DNA of 64,000 nucleotides from SAR324 cluster bacterium (lineage in GTDB: Bacteria; SAR324; NAC60-12): positions 689 through 64,688 of the forward strand of contig JAQWOT010000358.1 of NCBI GenBank assembly GCA_029245725.1. Direction: 5' to 3'. Shown one piece after another: positions 10,204 to 21,463 of the stretch (its first letter is position 1; every line of letters begins with the position of its first letter). The notes below the pieces were generated by a model. The model was given only the letters and a program-made list of their open reading frames with translations, had not been told where the DNA came from and did not search any database. The translations under genes were made by a program, and so were the position numbers.

Positions 10204-11453
10204 TGCTTGAGAAAATTATTGAATCCGTAAATCTTGCTCGTCTAGTTGAGAGGCACGATTTACTTGCAAAGTGTACAACTGAATCATCCTTGGGGGTCAA
10301 TAGACAAGCTCTCTCCCTTGAGGATATAAATGCTCGTAAATTGTTGATTCAGTGGGCAGAAATGATTGATATGCAGGCATTTACTGATGCTGCATCAAAT
10401 CTCTTTTTGCGATATGAAGGCAAGTTTCCCGATCTACCACCTGTTATTGCTGGTTCTCACATAGATAGTCAACCTACTGGTGGAAAGTACGACGGAGTAT
10501 TTGGTGTCCTGTCTGCGCTTGAGGTTGCTGAATCATTCTACAAGAATCAGTTCAAACCTGATCACTCATTTGAGGTTGTATGTTGGATGAACGAAGAAGG
10601 CTCTCGTTTTGCTCCTGGTATGATGGGTTCTTCAGTATTTTCTGGCTACAAATCACTCAATGATATTATTGATATTGTCGACGATGATGGATTTTCTATA
10701 GCATCAGGGATTGAATACGTTCGTTCAGCCCTACCCTCAGTGCCTATCAGGGAGTTTGGTTTCCCAATCAAATGTTATTTAGAACCGCACATTGAGCAAG
10801 CACCATTCTTGGAAAGAGCAGATGTTGTTATTGGTGCCGTTAAAGGCATGCAAGGCAAAAAAACCTTCGCAGTTACTGTAACTGGCCGGGCTGATCATGT
10901 TGGAACTGTCCCGTTGTCTGAGCGCGATGATGCCCTTCTGTGTGCAACTCAAATCATGCACCAGTTGTATTCTGCAGTCATCAATGATGATGAAGATGTG
11001 AAATTTACCATTGGTAAGCTTATTGTTGAGCCAAATGCACCTTCAGTAGTACCCAGTAAAGTTACCTTTTCTATTGATCTGAGACATCCTCACCAATCAC
11101 CCCTTGATCACTATGAATCCTTAATAATTGCAGTAATTAGCAAATACAGCTCTAAAAAATCAGTCAAATTAACTCCCCTAGTAGATGATCCTGTCATAGA
11201 ATTTCCAACTGAGTTAATCTCATCAATTATATTTGCGGCTAAGGAACTCGGGATATCATCTACAACAATTCTTTCCCTAGCTGGTCATGATTCAAAATTT
11301 CTTCATAAGATAACTCCAACTGGAATGATATTTATTCCTTGTTCTGAGGGAATAAGTCATAATCCAGCTGAAGCAGTTCACCCAGATCATCTCTTTGATG
11401 GCACTCGTGTTCTATGTCACACGCTTTATCATCAACTTCAGTTAAGTAGATAG
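10203..11453 (+). CDS. M20 Zn-dependent amidohydrolase (N-carbamoyl-amino-acid/allantoate amidohydrolase family)
   Basis: GSHIDSQPTGGKYDG, NEEGSRF, EPHIEQ, AGHD, SHNPAE motifs. Confidence 0.92.
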   Translation: MLEKIIESVNLARLVERHDLLAKCTTESSLGVNRQALSLEDINARKLLIQWAEMIDMQAFTDAASNLFLRYEGKFPDLPPVIAGSHIDSQPTGGKYDGVFGVLSALEVAESFYKNQFKPDHSFEVVCWMNEEGSRFAPGMMGSSVFSGYKSLNDIIDIVDDDGFSIASGIEYVRSALPSVPIREFGFPIKCYLEPHIEQAPFLERADVVIGAVKGMQGKKTFAVTVTGRADHVGTVPLSERDDALLCATQIMHQLYSAVINDDEDVKFTIGKLIVEPNAPSVVPSKVTFSIDLRHPHQSPLDHYESLIIAVISKYSSKKSVKLTPLVDDPVIEFPTELISSIIFAAKELGISSTTILSLAGHDSKFLHKITPTGMIFIPCSEGISHNPAEAVHPDHLFDGTRVLCHTLYHQLQLSR

Positions 11454-11460
11454 TCGAATA

Positions 11461-12150
11461 GTGAATATTTCAATCAGTAACTACGCAAATAAGCCAAAAA
11501 ATACCACTATCACTAACTGGATTACGTCTGCACTCGAAAAATCAATTATCGAAGGCAAGCTTAAACTTGGCACAAAAATAGATGAAATCAGCCTTGCTAA
11601 CGAATTTGATGTTTCAAGAACACCTGTCCGTGAAGCACTTCAAAACCTGGCAGCTGCAGAATTGATTGATCTTAAACCTCGACATGGGGCAGTTGTCAAA
11701 AAACTTCAACTTTCTGAAATTATTGAACTCTTTGAATTAATGGCTGTACTTGAAGCAACTGCAGCTAAATTCGCTGCTCTGAGGATGTCTAATGAGGAAC
11801 TGCAAGTTATAAAAGTTGCGCACGAAAAATGCCGCGCTGCAGCTTTGGAGAATGATATTGATCTTTTCTATAACCTAAATTTTGAATTTCATAGATGTGT
11901 ACATGCTGCATCTCGAAATCGATCTCTCCAGAAGCATGCCTACTCAATTGATTTAAGATTAAAGCCTTATCGCAGGCTTATTACATTTCGAAAAGGCAGA
12001 GTTGTGAATTCAATTGCTGAGCACGATCTCATTATGAATGCTCTGAGTGATAGAGATGAACAATTAGCTTACGAATCAATGTTTAATCACCTCCAAATTC
12101 TTTCAACTGATGCGGTGTTGATCGCATCTGCCCTTGAAGAATCTAATTAA
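11461..12150 (+). CDS. GntR family regulator (FCD domain)
   Basis: LANEFDVSRTPVREAL winged HTH; FHRC and EHD FCD motifs. Confidence 0.93.
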   Translation: MNISISNYANKPKNTTITNWITSALEKSIIEGKLKLGTKIDEISLANEFDVSRTPVREALQNLAAAELIDLKPRHGAVVKKLQLSEIIELFELMAVLEATAAKFAALRMSNEELQVIKVAHEKCRAAALENDIDLFYNLNFEFHRCVHAASRNRSLQKHAYSIDLRLKPYRRLITFRKGRVVNSIAEHDLIMNALSDRDEQLAYESMFNHLQILSTDAVLIASALEESN

Positions 12151-12253
12151 TCAATCTTCTTGAGTCAAAACTCTTTATCATAATTTACCCATTCAACTAT
12201 CTTCTGTTTGGCATCTTTCAAAGAGTCTCAATTCTTATCCTTTCCAAGCCATT

Positions 12254-13320
12254 TTAAAGAGATTCCAATTCCTCTTCGAAACTATAATCTATATCAAATC
12301 TATCTGGTGTCTTCTCCTGACACATGTTTGCCTCCAACCCTTTTGAGTCTAACAAAGTAATCATCGCCTCCTGAGCCTTGTTAGCAATGCTTTGTTGAGC
12401 AACTGGAATGAACTTGGTGTAGCGCTGGGTTATTGGGGAGCCTGGGGCATGTCCTAACTGGTAAGCAACTTCAGCTAAGGTGGACCCGTTTGATAGCATC
12501 ATCAAAGCAATCGTGTCTCGTAGGCAGTAATTTGGTCTGAACTCTTTCGGGATGCCAGCTAGATCCCTTAATTGGCTGAAACGCTTCTTCAAACTATCCA
12601 ATCTGCGCAATCCACCACCACTTGCCGGAAAGGCATAAGCACTCTCCCGCAATTCTGCTGAACCACTATTCAGAAGTTCCCTTTGCTGCAACAGCACCTC
12701 ACGAACTTTCTCATTCATCGGCTGAATCAACATCTTGCCACTCTTGGTATCACGCTTGTTGTAGTTCCCGCGATCAAAATCAATATCCTTCCAGAGCAAC
12801 TTAAGTGCTCCTGAAGGCCTTGATCCTGCCAGCCAATGAATTGATGCAGGTGTGAAAGTTGGTGGTCCGGATAAGATTTCCATACCTGCTGTAGGTTCTG
12901 GAACTGTTCTGGGCTAAGAACTTCAATACGCTCACTGTTCAGGTCTTGTTTGAGGAGTTCAATCACCCAGTCGAGAGCCGGACAATGACGCTGGCGAACT
13001 CCATAGTTAATGATGTGGCGTAGCAGCTCTAGTACGTTGCGGGTAGTTGCGCTGCTATGCGCTTTGGCAACCTGCCTACACAATCACTCGACATCTAGCA
13101 GGACTAATTCCTGTGTTGTATTGTTCCCAACGGGTTTTCGTAAGTGGAGATCAAAGCGATTCTTATCCGTTACTACCCCCTTGAGTTGATTGCCTTTGCT
13201 CTCGAGGTAAAGCTCTCAAAGCCTCTCAATAGTGGGACAAGAGTCTGCGGTCCGTTTAGCTTCTGCTTGGGCTTGTCACCGTTCGCTATTGGTCAGTACT
13301 TGCCCATTAATCCACCTTGT
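12254..13320 (-). pseudogene. Tyrosine recombinase/integrase remnant, copy 2 (more complete; stops and a frameshift)
   Basis: One frame reads RWINGQVLTNSER*..PTIERL*ELYLESK..DKNRFDLHL..VE*L..LELLRHIINYG; frameshift in box I; YCLRDT/LGH/RY box II; clear nucleotide paralog of 3340-4020. Confidence 0.85.
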
Positions 13321-13719
13321 TCTCTCTGGGTCTGCAGGGTCTTCTGGTCGCGCTCTTCTTGCGGAGTTCACAAGTAGTTCAAGAGTGCTTTCTCGTATCA
13401 ATAGTCTGCTAGAGACAAGACCACCACAGCTATAAGCAAATTTACAGTAGGTCTTGTGACGGCTGCCTTCAGAAGCAGACCCAATCTGCTGAAGACCTTG
13501 CTGAAGGGACTGCTCGGCAGAAGCAGTTATCAGATTGTTTAGTGGTTCTTCAAATAAGTCTTCAGTGGACTCAGTAGAATCGGCGGGGTTATCAACAACT
13601 GTTACTGGAGGCTTTGCAGAATCTTTAGTTGACTGGGCAACAGGCCTCAGATGCCCTTGAAGCCTCTGGATTGATCTGCAACAAGAATTCAGTGACTGGA
13701 GAAACGCAGCCTTCCCAAA
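13321..13719 (-). pseudogene. Fragment resembling a primase C-terminal helical domain, in frame with the integrase remnant
   Basis: IGSASEGSRHKTYCKFAYSCGGLVSSRLL...LLVNSA resembles the EGxRN/H..GGLV pattern of mobile-element primase proteins; recognition by eye only. Confidence 0.4.
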
Positions 13720-13963
13720 TTACATCAGGATTTCGTTTTGGAGTTTCTGTAAGAACCACCAGGGGGTTCTAGGAGAAAGAATCCACCATGATTGGTGAAT
13801 AGATTGCAGAAGTTCTCAAAGCTCTTTCAAATGAGGAAAAATGAAAATAATTTCTAACTCAATCAATAGAAAAGTTCTAGAACTGATCCGAGAATTTATG
13901 ATTTATGAAAACCAATCCTGATATGAAACCAAGAATCTTCTTTTTTCGAACATCCTTTAGACA

Positions 13964-15601
13964 ATGAACAAAACATACGACTTCATCATTGTAGGAGGTG
14001 GTTCTGCAGGATGTGTTTTGGCAAACCGTCTCAGCGAAAACCCTGAAAACCAAGTATTATTGTTGGAAGCGGGCAGACCGGATTCAATTTGGGACATTTT
14101 TATCCACATGCCTGCCGGACTGTCAATGCCTATTGGTAACCGTTTCTACGACTGGATTTATGAAACTGAACCGGAACCCTTCATGAACAGGCGTAGAATC
14201 TACCAAGGCCGGGGGAAAGTCTTGGGGGGTTCCAGCAGCATCAACGGCATGATTTTCCAACGCGGAAATCCACAGGATTACGAACGCTGGGCGGCCGATC
14301 CAGGTATGGAGGAATGGGACTACGCGCATTGCCTGCCATATTTCAAAAAGATGGAAAACTGTCTGACTGGAGGAGACGATTTCCGAGGGGATCAAGGACC
14401 ACTCAAATTGGAAAGAGGTCCTGCTTCAACCCCATTGTTTCAGGCTTTTTTCCAGGCAGTCCAACAGGCAGGATTCGAACTGACAAACGATGTTAATGGT
14501 TTCCGTCAGGAAGGATTTGCTGCCTTTGATAAGAATGTCTTCCGGGGAAGACGCCTCAGTGCAGCTAGAGCTTATCTTCATCCTGTGATGAATCGACCCA
14601 ACCTCAAAGTAATCTGCCGTGCCCACGCATTATGCATACGTTTTGATGGTAAAAGGGCTGTAGGTGTGGATTTCAGACACAAAGGGCAAACCATAAGCGT
14701 TCAAGGTGGAGAAATCATCAGCTGTGGCGGCGCCTTCAATTCTCCTCAACTACTACAGCTTTCCGGGATCGGGAACCCGAATGACCTTAAGCCCCTGGGT
14801 ATCGAAATAGTTCACGAACTTCCAGGAGTGGGAGAAAACCTGCAGGACCATCTAGAGGTATATGTGCAGCATGCATGCACCCAACCGGTTTCGATGCAAC
14901 CTGCACTCCGTTGGTGGAATAAACCTTGGATCGGCCTCCAGTGGCTTTTCTTTCGAGAGGGCCCTGCAGCCACTAATCATTTTGAAGCAGGAGGGTTCGC
15001 GCGAAGTAATGATGAGGAGTCTTACCCAAACCTGATGTTTCATTTTCTGCCTCTCGCGATCCGCTATGATGGGACCTCTCCAACTGGAGGACATGGGTAC
15101 CAGGTTCATATCGGACCAATGTTTTCCAATTCCCGTGGTTCAGTAAAAATTAATAGTAAAGATCCCTATGCCAAACCATCTTTGAGGATGAATTATCTTT
15201 CCACCCCCGAGGACCAAAAAGAATGGGTGGAAGCCATTCACTGCGCAAGGAAGATTCTTGGACAATCTGCGTTTGATGAGTTCAGCGGGGGTGAAATATC
15301 TCCAGGACCTTCAGTCGACTCTGATGAAGAAATCCTCGAATGGGTTCGAAGAGATGGAGAAACCGCCTATCATCCCTCCTGCAGTTGTGCCATGGGAACT
15401 GGGACTCAATCCGTAGTGGACCCAAAAAGTTTCAAGGTTCATGGCATGGAAGGAATTCGTGTCGTGGATGCCTCAGCCATGCCCTATGTACCCAATGCCA
15501 ACATCAATGCCCCGATCCTGATGCTCGCCGAAAAAGCTGCTGACCTCATTCTTCAAAACACACCACTGACTAAGCAAGCTCAGGAATTTTATCGGGCTTG
15601 A
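13964..15601 (+). CDS. betA: Choline dehydrogenase (GMC oxidoreductase)
   Basis: [42 protein letters not shown] motifs and BetA-like IHMPAGL and LPLAIRYDG segments. Confidence 0.8.
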   Translation: MNKTYDFIIVGGGSAGCVLANRLSENPENQVLLLEAGRPDSIWDIFIHMPAGLSMPIGNRFYDWIYETEPEPFMNRRRIYQGRGKVLGGSSSINGMIFQRGNPQDYERWAADPGMEEWDYAHCLPYFKKMENCLTGGDDFRGDQGPLKLERGPASTPLFQAFFQAVQQAGFELTNDVNGFRQEGFAAFDKNVFRGRRLSAARAYLHPVMNRPNLKVICRAHALCIRFDGKRAVGVDFRHKGQTISVQGGEIISCGGAFNSPQLLQLSGIGNPNDLKPLGIEIVHELPGVGENLQDHLEVYVQHACTQPVSMQPALRWWNKPWIGLQWLFFREGPAATNHFEAGGFARSNDEESYPNLMFHFLPLAIRYDGTSPTGGHGYQVHIGPMFSNSRGSVKINSKDPYAKPSLRMNYLSTPEDQKEWVEAIHCARKILGQSAFDEFSGGEISPGPSVDSDEEILEWVRRDGETAYHPSCSCAMGTGTQSVVDPKSFKVHGMEGIRVVDASAMPYVPNANINAPILMLAEKAADLILQNTPLTKQAQEFYRA

Positions 15602-15802
15602 TCCAAATTCATTTAATGATAAAAAAAGATGGCCAGGCGAAGTAGAATTCTTAACTGTATCTACCAGTATTTAAAGATGTGCTCAATATAGTAGCCTCAA
15701 TAATTCTAGGCGGTTACTTTAGGGGGGAATTGTCCCTAAGTGTTGCTAACGCTATCATTTTCAGTTGATAGTTATCAACACTTTAACAATATGGGTTTCC
15801 AT

Positions 15803-17059
15803 TCAGAAATCGAACTTTGGCAGATGTGCCGTGCCAAGAACCATACTTTCTCGACGAAGCTTCTCTCCCTGACTATGAATCTGGCCAATGTTTTGAACAC
15901 CCAGCAGTTCCATGGAACGAATCAAATCTTCCTTTACCAATTCAAAGGCTCGGCTGATACCCATGTGACCACCAGCTCCAAGACCACCAGCAACCACTCT
16001 GCCTAAACCCACGGCTTTGAGGCCATAGCTCAGCCCAACAAGAACATCTAACCCGCTTCGGATTCCTCCATCCATTGCGCAATCAAGCTTAGATCCTGCT
16101 GCATGCAATTTAGGCATTGCTTCCGCTACAATTTGTAAAGAAGGTATTGCCTGACCTAACTGGCGGCCACCGTGGTTGGAGAAAATCACTCCAGTTGCTC
16201 CTAATTCTTCCGCTTTCAATGCATCCTCAGCACAGTGAACACCTTTGACAATAAGTGGCTGCTCACCCCATGCTTCTTTGATCCAAGAGAGATCACTCCA
16301 AGTTACAGCTGAGGCCGCAAGTTGCTCGCCTATACCGGCATAAGGCATTGGCTCTCCCCGCTCATTTATTACATTGACAAAAGGCAGCATTCCACCATCT
16401 TGCCAGTGCCTCCATAACCACCCAGTTCGAGGAATCATTTGCGGGGCAAGCTTCATTTTGTGAAATGCGCGCGCTATCTTTTTTGGTCCAGAAAAAATTG
16501 AGCTCACTGCAACCATGGGTTTCATCCGCGCATGTGCAATTCTATCCCCTGATACCGCAGTATCAATTGTCAGCACCAGTGCTGAAAATCCTGCATCTCT
16601 TGCCCGTTTTATACCCCTTTTAGCTGTTTCAACTCCCCCACACAGATAAAGTTGGAACCACTTTGGACCACTTGAAGCTTCCGCTACTTCTTCCATGGGA
16701 GTCTGTGAGAGAGTTGAAAGCGTAGTGGCTGTTCCAAATTCTCCTGCAACTTGGGAGACGACCGCGTCGCCCTTGGGCCACAATGTTCGAAGGCTACCAA
16801 CTGGAGCTGTAAAAAAAGGTACAGAAAGCTCATGGCCAAATATTTCAGTCTTTGTCTCAATTGTTTTGTGTTTGACAGCACCGTGAGGCGCAAGCATCAC
16901 CTGTTGAAAAGCTAACACATTTGACTTCAATGTAGTCAAGCTACCTGCACCTCCAATAAAATATTCAGCTGCAATTGGAGGAACTTCCTTCAGCATTATT
17001 TGCCATATGTCTGCTGTAGTCAGAGCGTCAGCAATTTCGTTCTCTCGAATCCGAAACAT
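15803..17059 (-). CDS. FMN-dependent alpha-hydroxy acid dehydrogenase/oxidase
   Basis: WFQLY, LTIDT, VKG, SNHGGRQL, DGGIRSG motifs. Confidence 0.92.
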   Translation of the reverse strand: MFRIRENEIADALTTADIWQIMLKEVPPIAAEYFIGGAGSLTTLKSNVLAFQQVMLAPHGAVKHKTIETKTEIFGHELSVPFFTAPVGSLRTLWPKGDAVVSQVAGEFGTATTLSTLSQTPMEEVAEASSGPKWFQLYLCGGVETAKRGIKRARDAGFSALVLTIDTAVSGDRIAHARMKPMVAVSSIFSGPKKIARAFHKMKLAPQMIPRTGWLWRHWQDGGMLPFVNVINERGEPMPYAGIGEQLAASAVTWSDLSWIKEAWGEQPLIVKGVHCAEDALKAEELGATGVIFSNHGGRQLGQAIPSLQIVAEAMPKLHAAGSKLDCAMDGGIRSGLDVLVGLSYGLKAVGLGRVVAGGLGAGGHMGISRAFELVKEDLIRSMELLGVQNIGQIHSQGEKLRRESMVLGTAHLPKFDF

Positions 17060-17779
17060 AGATATTTCTCAAAAACAAATCTTTGAATAAGAGTTTACTC
17101 CGTTCGAAAAACGGCGTTGAGGGCCAAGGAGACAAAGTTCTGAACAACTAATTCTTAATCTGTTTAAATTTGCATATTTTAATTTTCTGAGGCTAAAATT
17201 AGATGTTTGACTTTCTTCTGATTTTCTCAAGCCAATTTAACTAATCTGTAAGTTCCTTTTTTATTTGAACCATCCTTTTTTGTATTTCTTTTAGAAGAAT
17301 ATTTCTTGCGTAGGGTTTCATTACTTTCCATTGTTGACATTCCTTTCAAGTGCGACCACAACCTAGACACCAATTACTTTGATGAGAAAATGCACAAACA
17401 CTGATGCAAGGACTTTTACTTCTTTTCACTCAAAGCCTTTTGCCTAATTTTATTACTCCAAAAATTTAAAAGATTGGGCTAATGAGCAACTTACATCACA
17501 AATGATAAAACTCATTTAGGAGTTACCCAAAAGACGGCTACATCTGCATATCATCTGCCTTAGACCTTGACTGAATCAAAATCTCTACAGAATTGGATTC
17601 CAAAATTTTGAAGATTGCTCAACTTGTCTCCAGATATTAATCAAGATACTTAATTTATGCTAAATCATCCGAAAAATACCTTCCAAGAAATGATAGGACT
17701 TCTTCTCAAAAATTACCTATTAAATTTAACGCTAGAATAATATTTTTGCAACTGAATTGCAAAAATATTATTTTCATTG

Positions 17780-18056
17780 CAATCAGAAATTACAGCAAAT
17801 CTGGAGGACGAAAAAACGGTAATCTTGTCACTCAGCAGTGCGGTTGTTGTCGGTCCTTAAAGATGTGTTTCCAAGAGTGAGGTTCTTTTAAGCATTCATG
17901 CTTACAGGATATTCAAAGAAGCGGAAATATTTTGTTCGTTCACTACCTACACTTCTTTCAGAGAGGGTAAAATCATTACTCAAAAAATCGTTTCGGAAGA
18001 ATTTAGACTACGATCCCAGCGAAGGTCAAGACTGGAACTGAGAAGATTACGACTGA
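17780..18056 (+). pseudogene. Fragment of small 'WNWEDY'-terminal protein family (copy A)
   Basis: Broken frames ending LDYDPSEGQDWN*EDYD*; similar to 18125-18516 and 22181-22566. Confidence 0.6.
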
Positions 18057-18124
18057 TCAGCAAGCAGTTGGTGGGCTATACCAACGCAGAAATCAAAGCA
18101 TGCATAGCAGTATAAGGAACAATT

Positions 18125-18516
18125 ATGATGAAATCTGAAAAATACATTAAGGTGTTAGCTCTGGGATTAAAAAATGATTTTCCCCTCGTGGATGAAATCT
18201 ATCATCCAGATTATAAGTCGTTTGATTTTAGAGCAGGCATTTTTACGAATATTGATGATGATAAAATAATTGTTTCAACCTACACTGAAGAATATACTTA
18301 TGGCCCATATTAAATAATTTATGAAAATGATGAATTTATATGTATTTACAAGTATACAAAAGATAAACTAGAGGGAGATGATGAACTATCAATTGATACA
18401 GTAATGCACGCCACTAGTTACAAGGACAGGAAAATAACAAAGCAGAAAATATGGTACATCACTTAGATTTTGGCTCAAATAAGTATTTAGACTGGAACTG
18501 GGAAGACTACAGGTGA
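18125..18516 (+). pseudogene. 'WNWEDY'-terminal protein family (copy B; internal stop and frameshift)
   Basis: DEIYHPDY..GPY*IIYENDEFICI..LDFGSNKYLDWNWEDYR*. Confidence 0.7.
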
Positions 18517-18578
18517 TCAACAGAAGAGTAATCAAGTTAACTAATTAATTAAAATCGTTTAAGTTTCAATAGGAATTA

Positions 18579-18872
18579 ATGTTACTGGACAGATTAGTAA
18601 ATTCTTTTTTTAGTACACTGCTACCTTCTGAAATCTCAATAAAAACTGAAACATTATTAAAAAATACTGCTTTATTGCTTGGCTTGCTTAGCGCAGTGGC
18701 AATCATTTTTGATTGGTACCCATTAACCATGTTTTTATCATTTCCATTTTGTCTCATTTGGATTTACTGCGCTTGGTTAAACACAGAACCACAACTAAAA
18801 TGGGTTAATTTGGTTTTTCTTTTAATTTATTTCTTCGGTATTGCACGATATTTCTTTGAAATTGCTGAGTAG
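18579..18872 (+). CDS. Small membrane protein, unknown function
   Basis: 97 aa ORF with about 3 hydrophobic segments. Confidence 0.6.
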   Translation: MLLDRLVNSFFSTLLPSEISIKTETLLKNTALLLGLLSAVAIIFDWYPLTMFLSFPFCLIWIYCAWLNTEPQLKWVNLVFLLIYFFGIARYFFEIAE

Positions 18873-19023
18873 AAATAAGTTGAAATTACTTATTGGAGGG
18901 AGACTCCCTCAACCTCTGAAGATTCTGCTGGTCGGACTTGGTGGGTTGAAAAATTTCTGCAGGGATGTGGCAGTCACATCACGGAGTCTTTGCTCAAGTG
19001 ATACGACATTTCGGAGATGAGAT

Positions 19024-19512
19024 ATGTTTTTTTGGGTTTTACTAGTTTCTACTTTGTTATGCACTCTGGTCACTGGTTTTGTCTTCACATACGCCATTGT
19101 CGTGATGCCGGGTTTTGGCAAGCTGAATGATCGGGAATTTATTCAGGCTTTTCAGGCTACTGACGGAATAATACAGAAAAATCAGCCACTATTTATGCTT
19201 GTTTGGATGGGTTCAATAGCTTCAGTAGTTGCAACGATGGTACTGAGTGTTGTCTACCTCCATGGAAATGAGCGCTGGGTCATTATCTTGTTTGGTACTC
19301 TTTATATCATCGGTGTGCAGGGCATCACGATTTTAGTCCATCTACCATTAAATAAGAGTCTTCAGGGCATCAAAATCAATGAGATGGACTACGAGTCCTT
19401 AAAGCAATTGCGCAGCAAATTTGAAGCACGTTGGAACTGTTTCAACAATATTCGTACTGGTATTGCCTTTGCCGTGAGCATGGCACTGATGTTCTCCCTG
19501 GGGTCAACCTAA
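19024..19512 (+). CDS. DUF1772 (anthrone oxygenase-like) membrane protein
   Basis: VVMPG..LNDREFIQAFQ..NQPLF, HLPLN and WN..N..RT pattern; 4 TM. Confidence 0.8.
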   Translation: MFFWVLLVSTLLCTLVTGFVFTYAIVVMPGFGKLNDREFIQAFQATDGIIQKNQPLFMLVWMGSIASVVATMVLSVVYLHGNERWVIILFGTLYIIGVQGITILVHLPLNKSLQGIKINEMDYESLKQLRSKFEARWNCFNNIRTGIAFAVSMALMFSLGST

Positions 19513-19779
19513 GCAGGCATTTGACGTCAAGGCAAAGAAGCTATGAGATAATATATATTACATCAAAAATCCTTCCTTCTCGAGCCAATACTCATCTTGC
19601 CCTGCAAGTCCATCCAAACAAGCAATAACAGCGATCCTCAAGTCTCCCAGAGGCGCTCCAGCGGTAGGATCCGATAATTAGCCAGACAAGACGCAGTTGC
19701 CTCTGATCACGCCAATTTGTGAGTCAGCTATCTGTTGTGCTAATTACAATGAGCATCCGTAGATTTAAATCTGCAGATC

Positions 19780-20248
19780 CTGAAACCAGCTATTTTCATT
19801 TCAGCAGATATGCAGGTGGACTATGGGGTACAGGCCAGTTAGGACAAGTAAGGGAACTCCAATGCAACCTGCTCCTTGGAACCTGCCAAGTAGCTATGAT
19901 GCTCTGGAGTTACATATCAAGCGAGTGGATGAATTCATTGAATCTCAGGACTTCTAACGCCTAGAGATTAGTCTGGAAGTGATTCTTCACTGGATTAGGC
20001 ACCTTGGTTGGTTCGACATCGATGTGACCTACCCCAACTGGGGTGGCTATGATCCACCACAATGGTTGGATGGTGCTGAGAATCTTGCAAAGACTCCATT
20101 CTGGAAGAACCCACCAGAAGCATTTGCAGCAATCCTTGCAGATGGTGATCTTCCCAGCAATCAGCGTATGCTGAGAGGCTACAGTATTTGTAGAGTTGTG
20201 GGGTATATGGGAGTAGTGCTCTGGGAGGCACCGCTAGGTCTAGCCTAG
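19780..20248 (+). pseudogene. Broken ORF of unknown family
   Basis: One frame reads RWTMGY..PWNLPSSYDALELHIK..DF*RLEISLEVILHWIRHLGWF.. with a single TAA; family not recognised. Confidence 0.3.
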
Positions 20249-20311
20249 ACTGTGGAACCTTGTTGGAGCCAAAGCAAGGAAGCAGCTTAGACTTTCTTTG
20301 CCGAAGGCATC

Positions 20312-20645
20312 ATGAAAATCACACATCTCTGCTTGTTACTTATCCTGCTCCTGATCCCAGCCTATTCCTTTGCAGAGTGTCCAGCCTACGAGCGCAAGGC
20401 GTGAAAGCACTGGGTGGATGAGAAGACAAAGACTGTCAAAATGCCTGGCATGAAGTGCTGATTACTGAGTCTCTCTCGCCAGTTGCACTCAAGACGAATA
20501 GAGGCTGCAGAGTTATATCAGGCAATTGGAATGGATTCATACTCTAGCAAGACGATCACTGATGCCAACCAATTGGATATCGACCATCTAGTGCCTCTGA
20601 AGGAAGCTCATCAATCAGCAGGCTACGCTTGGGATCCTGACAGGC
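20312..20645 (+). pseudogene. Secreted HNH-type (DUF1524-like) nuclease pseudogene
   Basis: Signal peptide, YERKA*KHWVD, DCQN..EVLITES (other frame), LDIDHLVPLKEAHQSAG..WD; truncated. Confidence 0.7.
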
Positions 20646-20696
20646 AAGTTGATTTCACTGAATCAAGCTCTTCAGAAAGGGCGATCAACGGCTTTT

Positions 20697-21440
20697 TCAG
20701 TAAAATGTTTCAGCATCATCAACTGGATGAAAATCAAGAGAAGTGATTGTCTCTGTGAGCTCGAAGACCTTTCTGGAGTTATTGCTAATGGCGTAAGCAA
20801 GTAAATATTTTTTACCCACTTCCAATGCTCTCTCAAAAGAATGCACACAATCTCGGTGACTTAAGTACATGGCTCTCATGTAATCTTCTGAGGGAGTTCC
20901 CTGCATAATCGTGGGATCATTGCCTTTGACCACCCAGCCGATTCTGAGCCCAACAAATTGAATTCCGTATTTTTCAGAGAAGTACTTCCCTAAATTCTCA
21001 CCAAATAACTTCGAAACCGCGTACAGGGAATCTGGGTTGGTCGGATCTGATAGTGAAAGAATTTTATTCTTGGAGGGATCTAGGGTCTCTGTCGTAGTTA
21101 AGAGAGTATCTCCATGTTGAGTATGATTCGTACTGGCAAAAATAATCTTACTGACCCGGGCTCTCCTGCACTCATTGAAGACATTGTAGGTTGCTTCAAT
21201 ATTATTTGGCTGAACACTTTCCCAGGGTGCGTTTGGACTTGGATCTGCTGCCAGATGAATCAATGCATCCAGACCAGAGAACTTGCCGACAACCTCAGCG
21301 CTTTTGGATAGGTCAATTTTTGTAGAGCCGAGTTCCTGATTTTCTTCAAGAGTAAATGATGTTAACTCGTGTTGCCCCACCAACCCATTGAGCAAGACAG
21401 TTCCAATTGTTCCATCTGCTCCAGTGATGCCTACTTTCAT
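20697..21440 (-). CDS. NAD-dependent epimerase/dehydrogenase (uronate dehydrogenase-like)
   Basis: TGADGTIG, HLAA, FASTNH, PDSLYAVSK, LRIG motifs. Confidence 0.85.
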   Translation of the reverse strand: MKVGITGADGTIGTVLLNGLVGQHELTSFTLEENQELGSTKIDLSKSAEVVGKFSGLDALIHLAADPSPNAPWESVQPNNIEATYNVFNECRRARVSKIIFASTNHTQHGDTLLTTTETLDPSKNKILSLSDPTNPDSLYAVSKLFGENLGKYFSEKYGIQFVGLRIGWVVKGNDPTIMQGTPSEDYMRAMYLSHRDCVHSFERALEVGKKYLLAYAISNNSRKVFELTETITSLDFHPVDDAETFY

Positions 21441-21463
21441 TATTTTTTCCTTTCTCGAATGCT

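Noticed and set aside
3340-13320. Composite transposon
   Set aside because: The flanking copies are tyrosine-recombinase remnants, substantially diverged and with different lesions; no terminal inverted repeats or target duplication seen.
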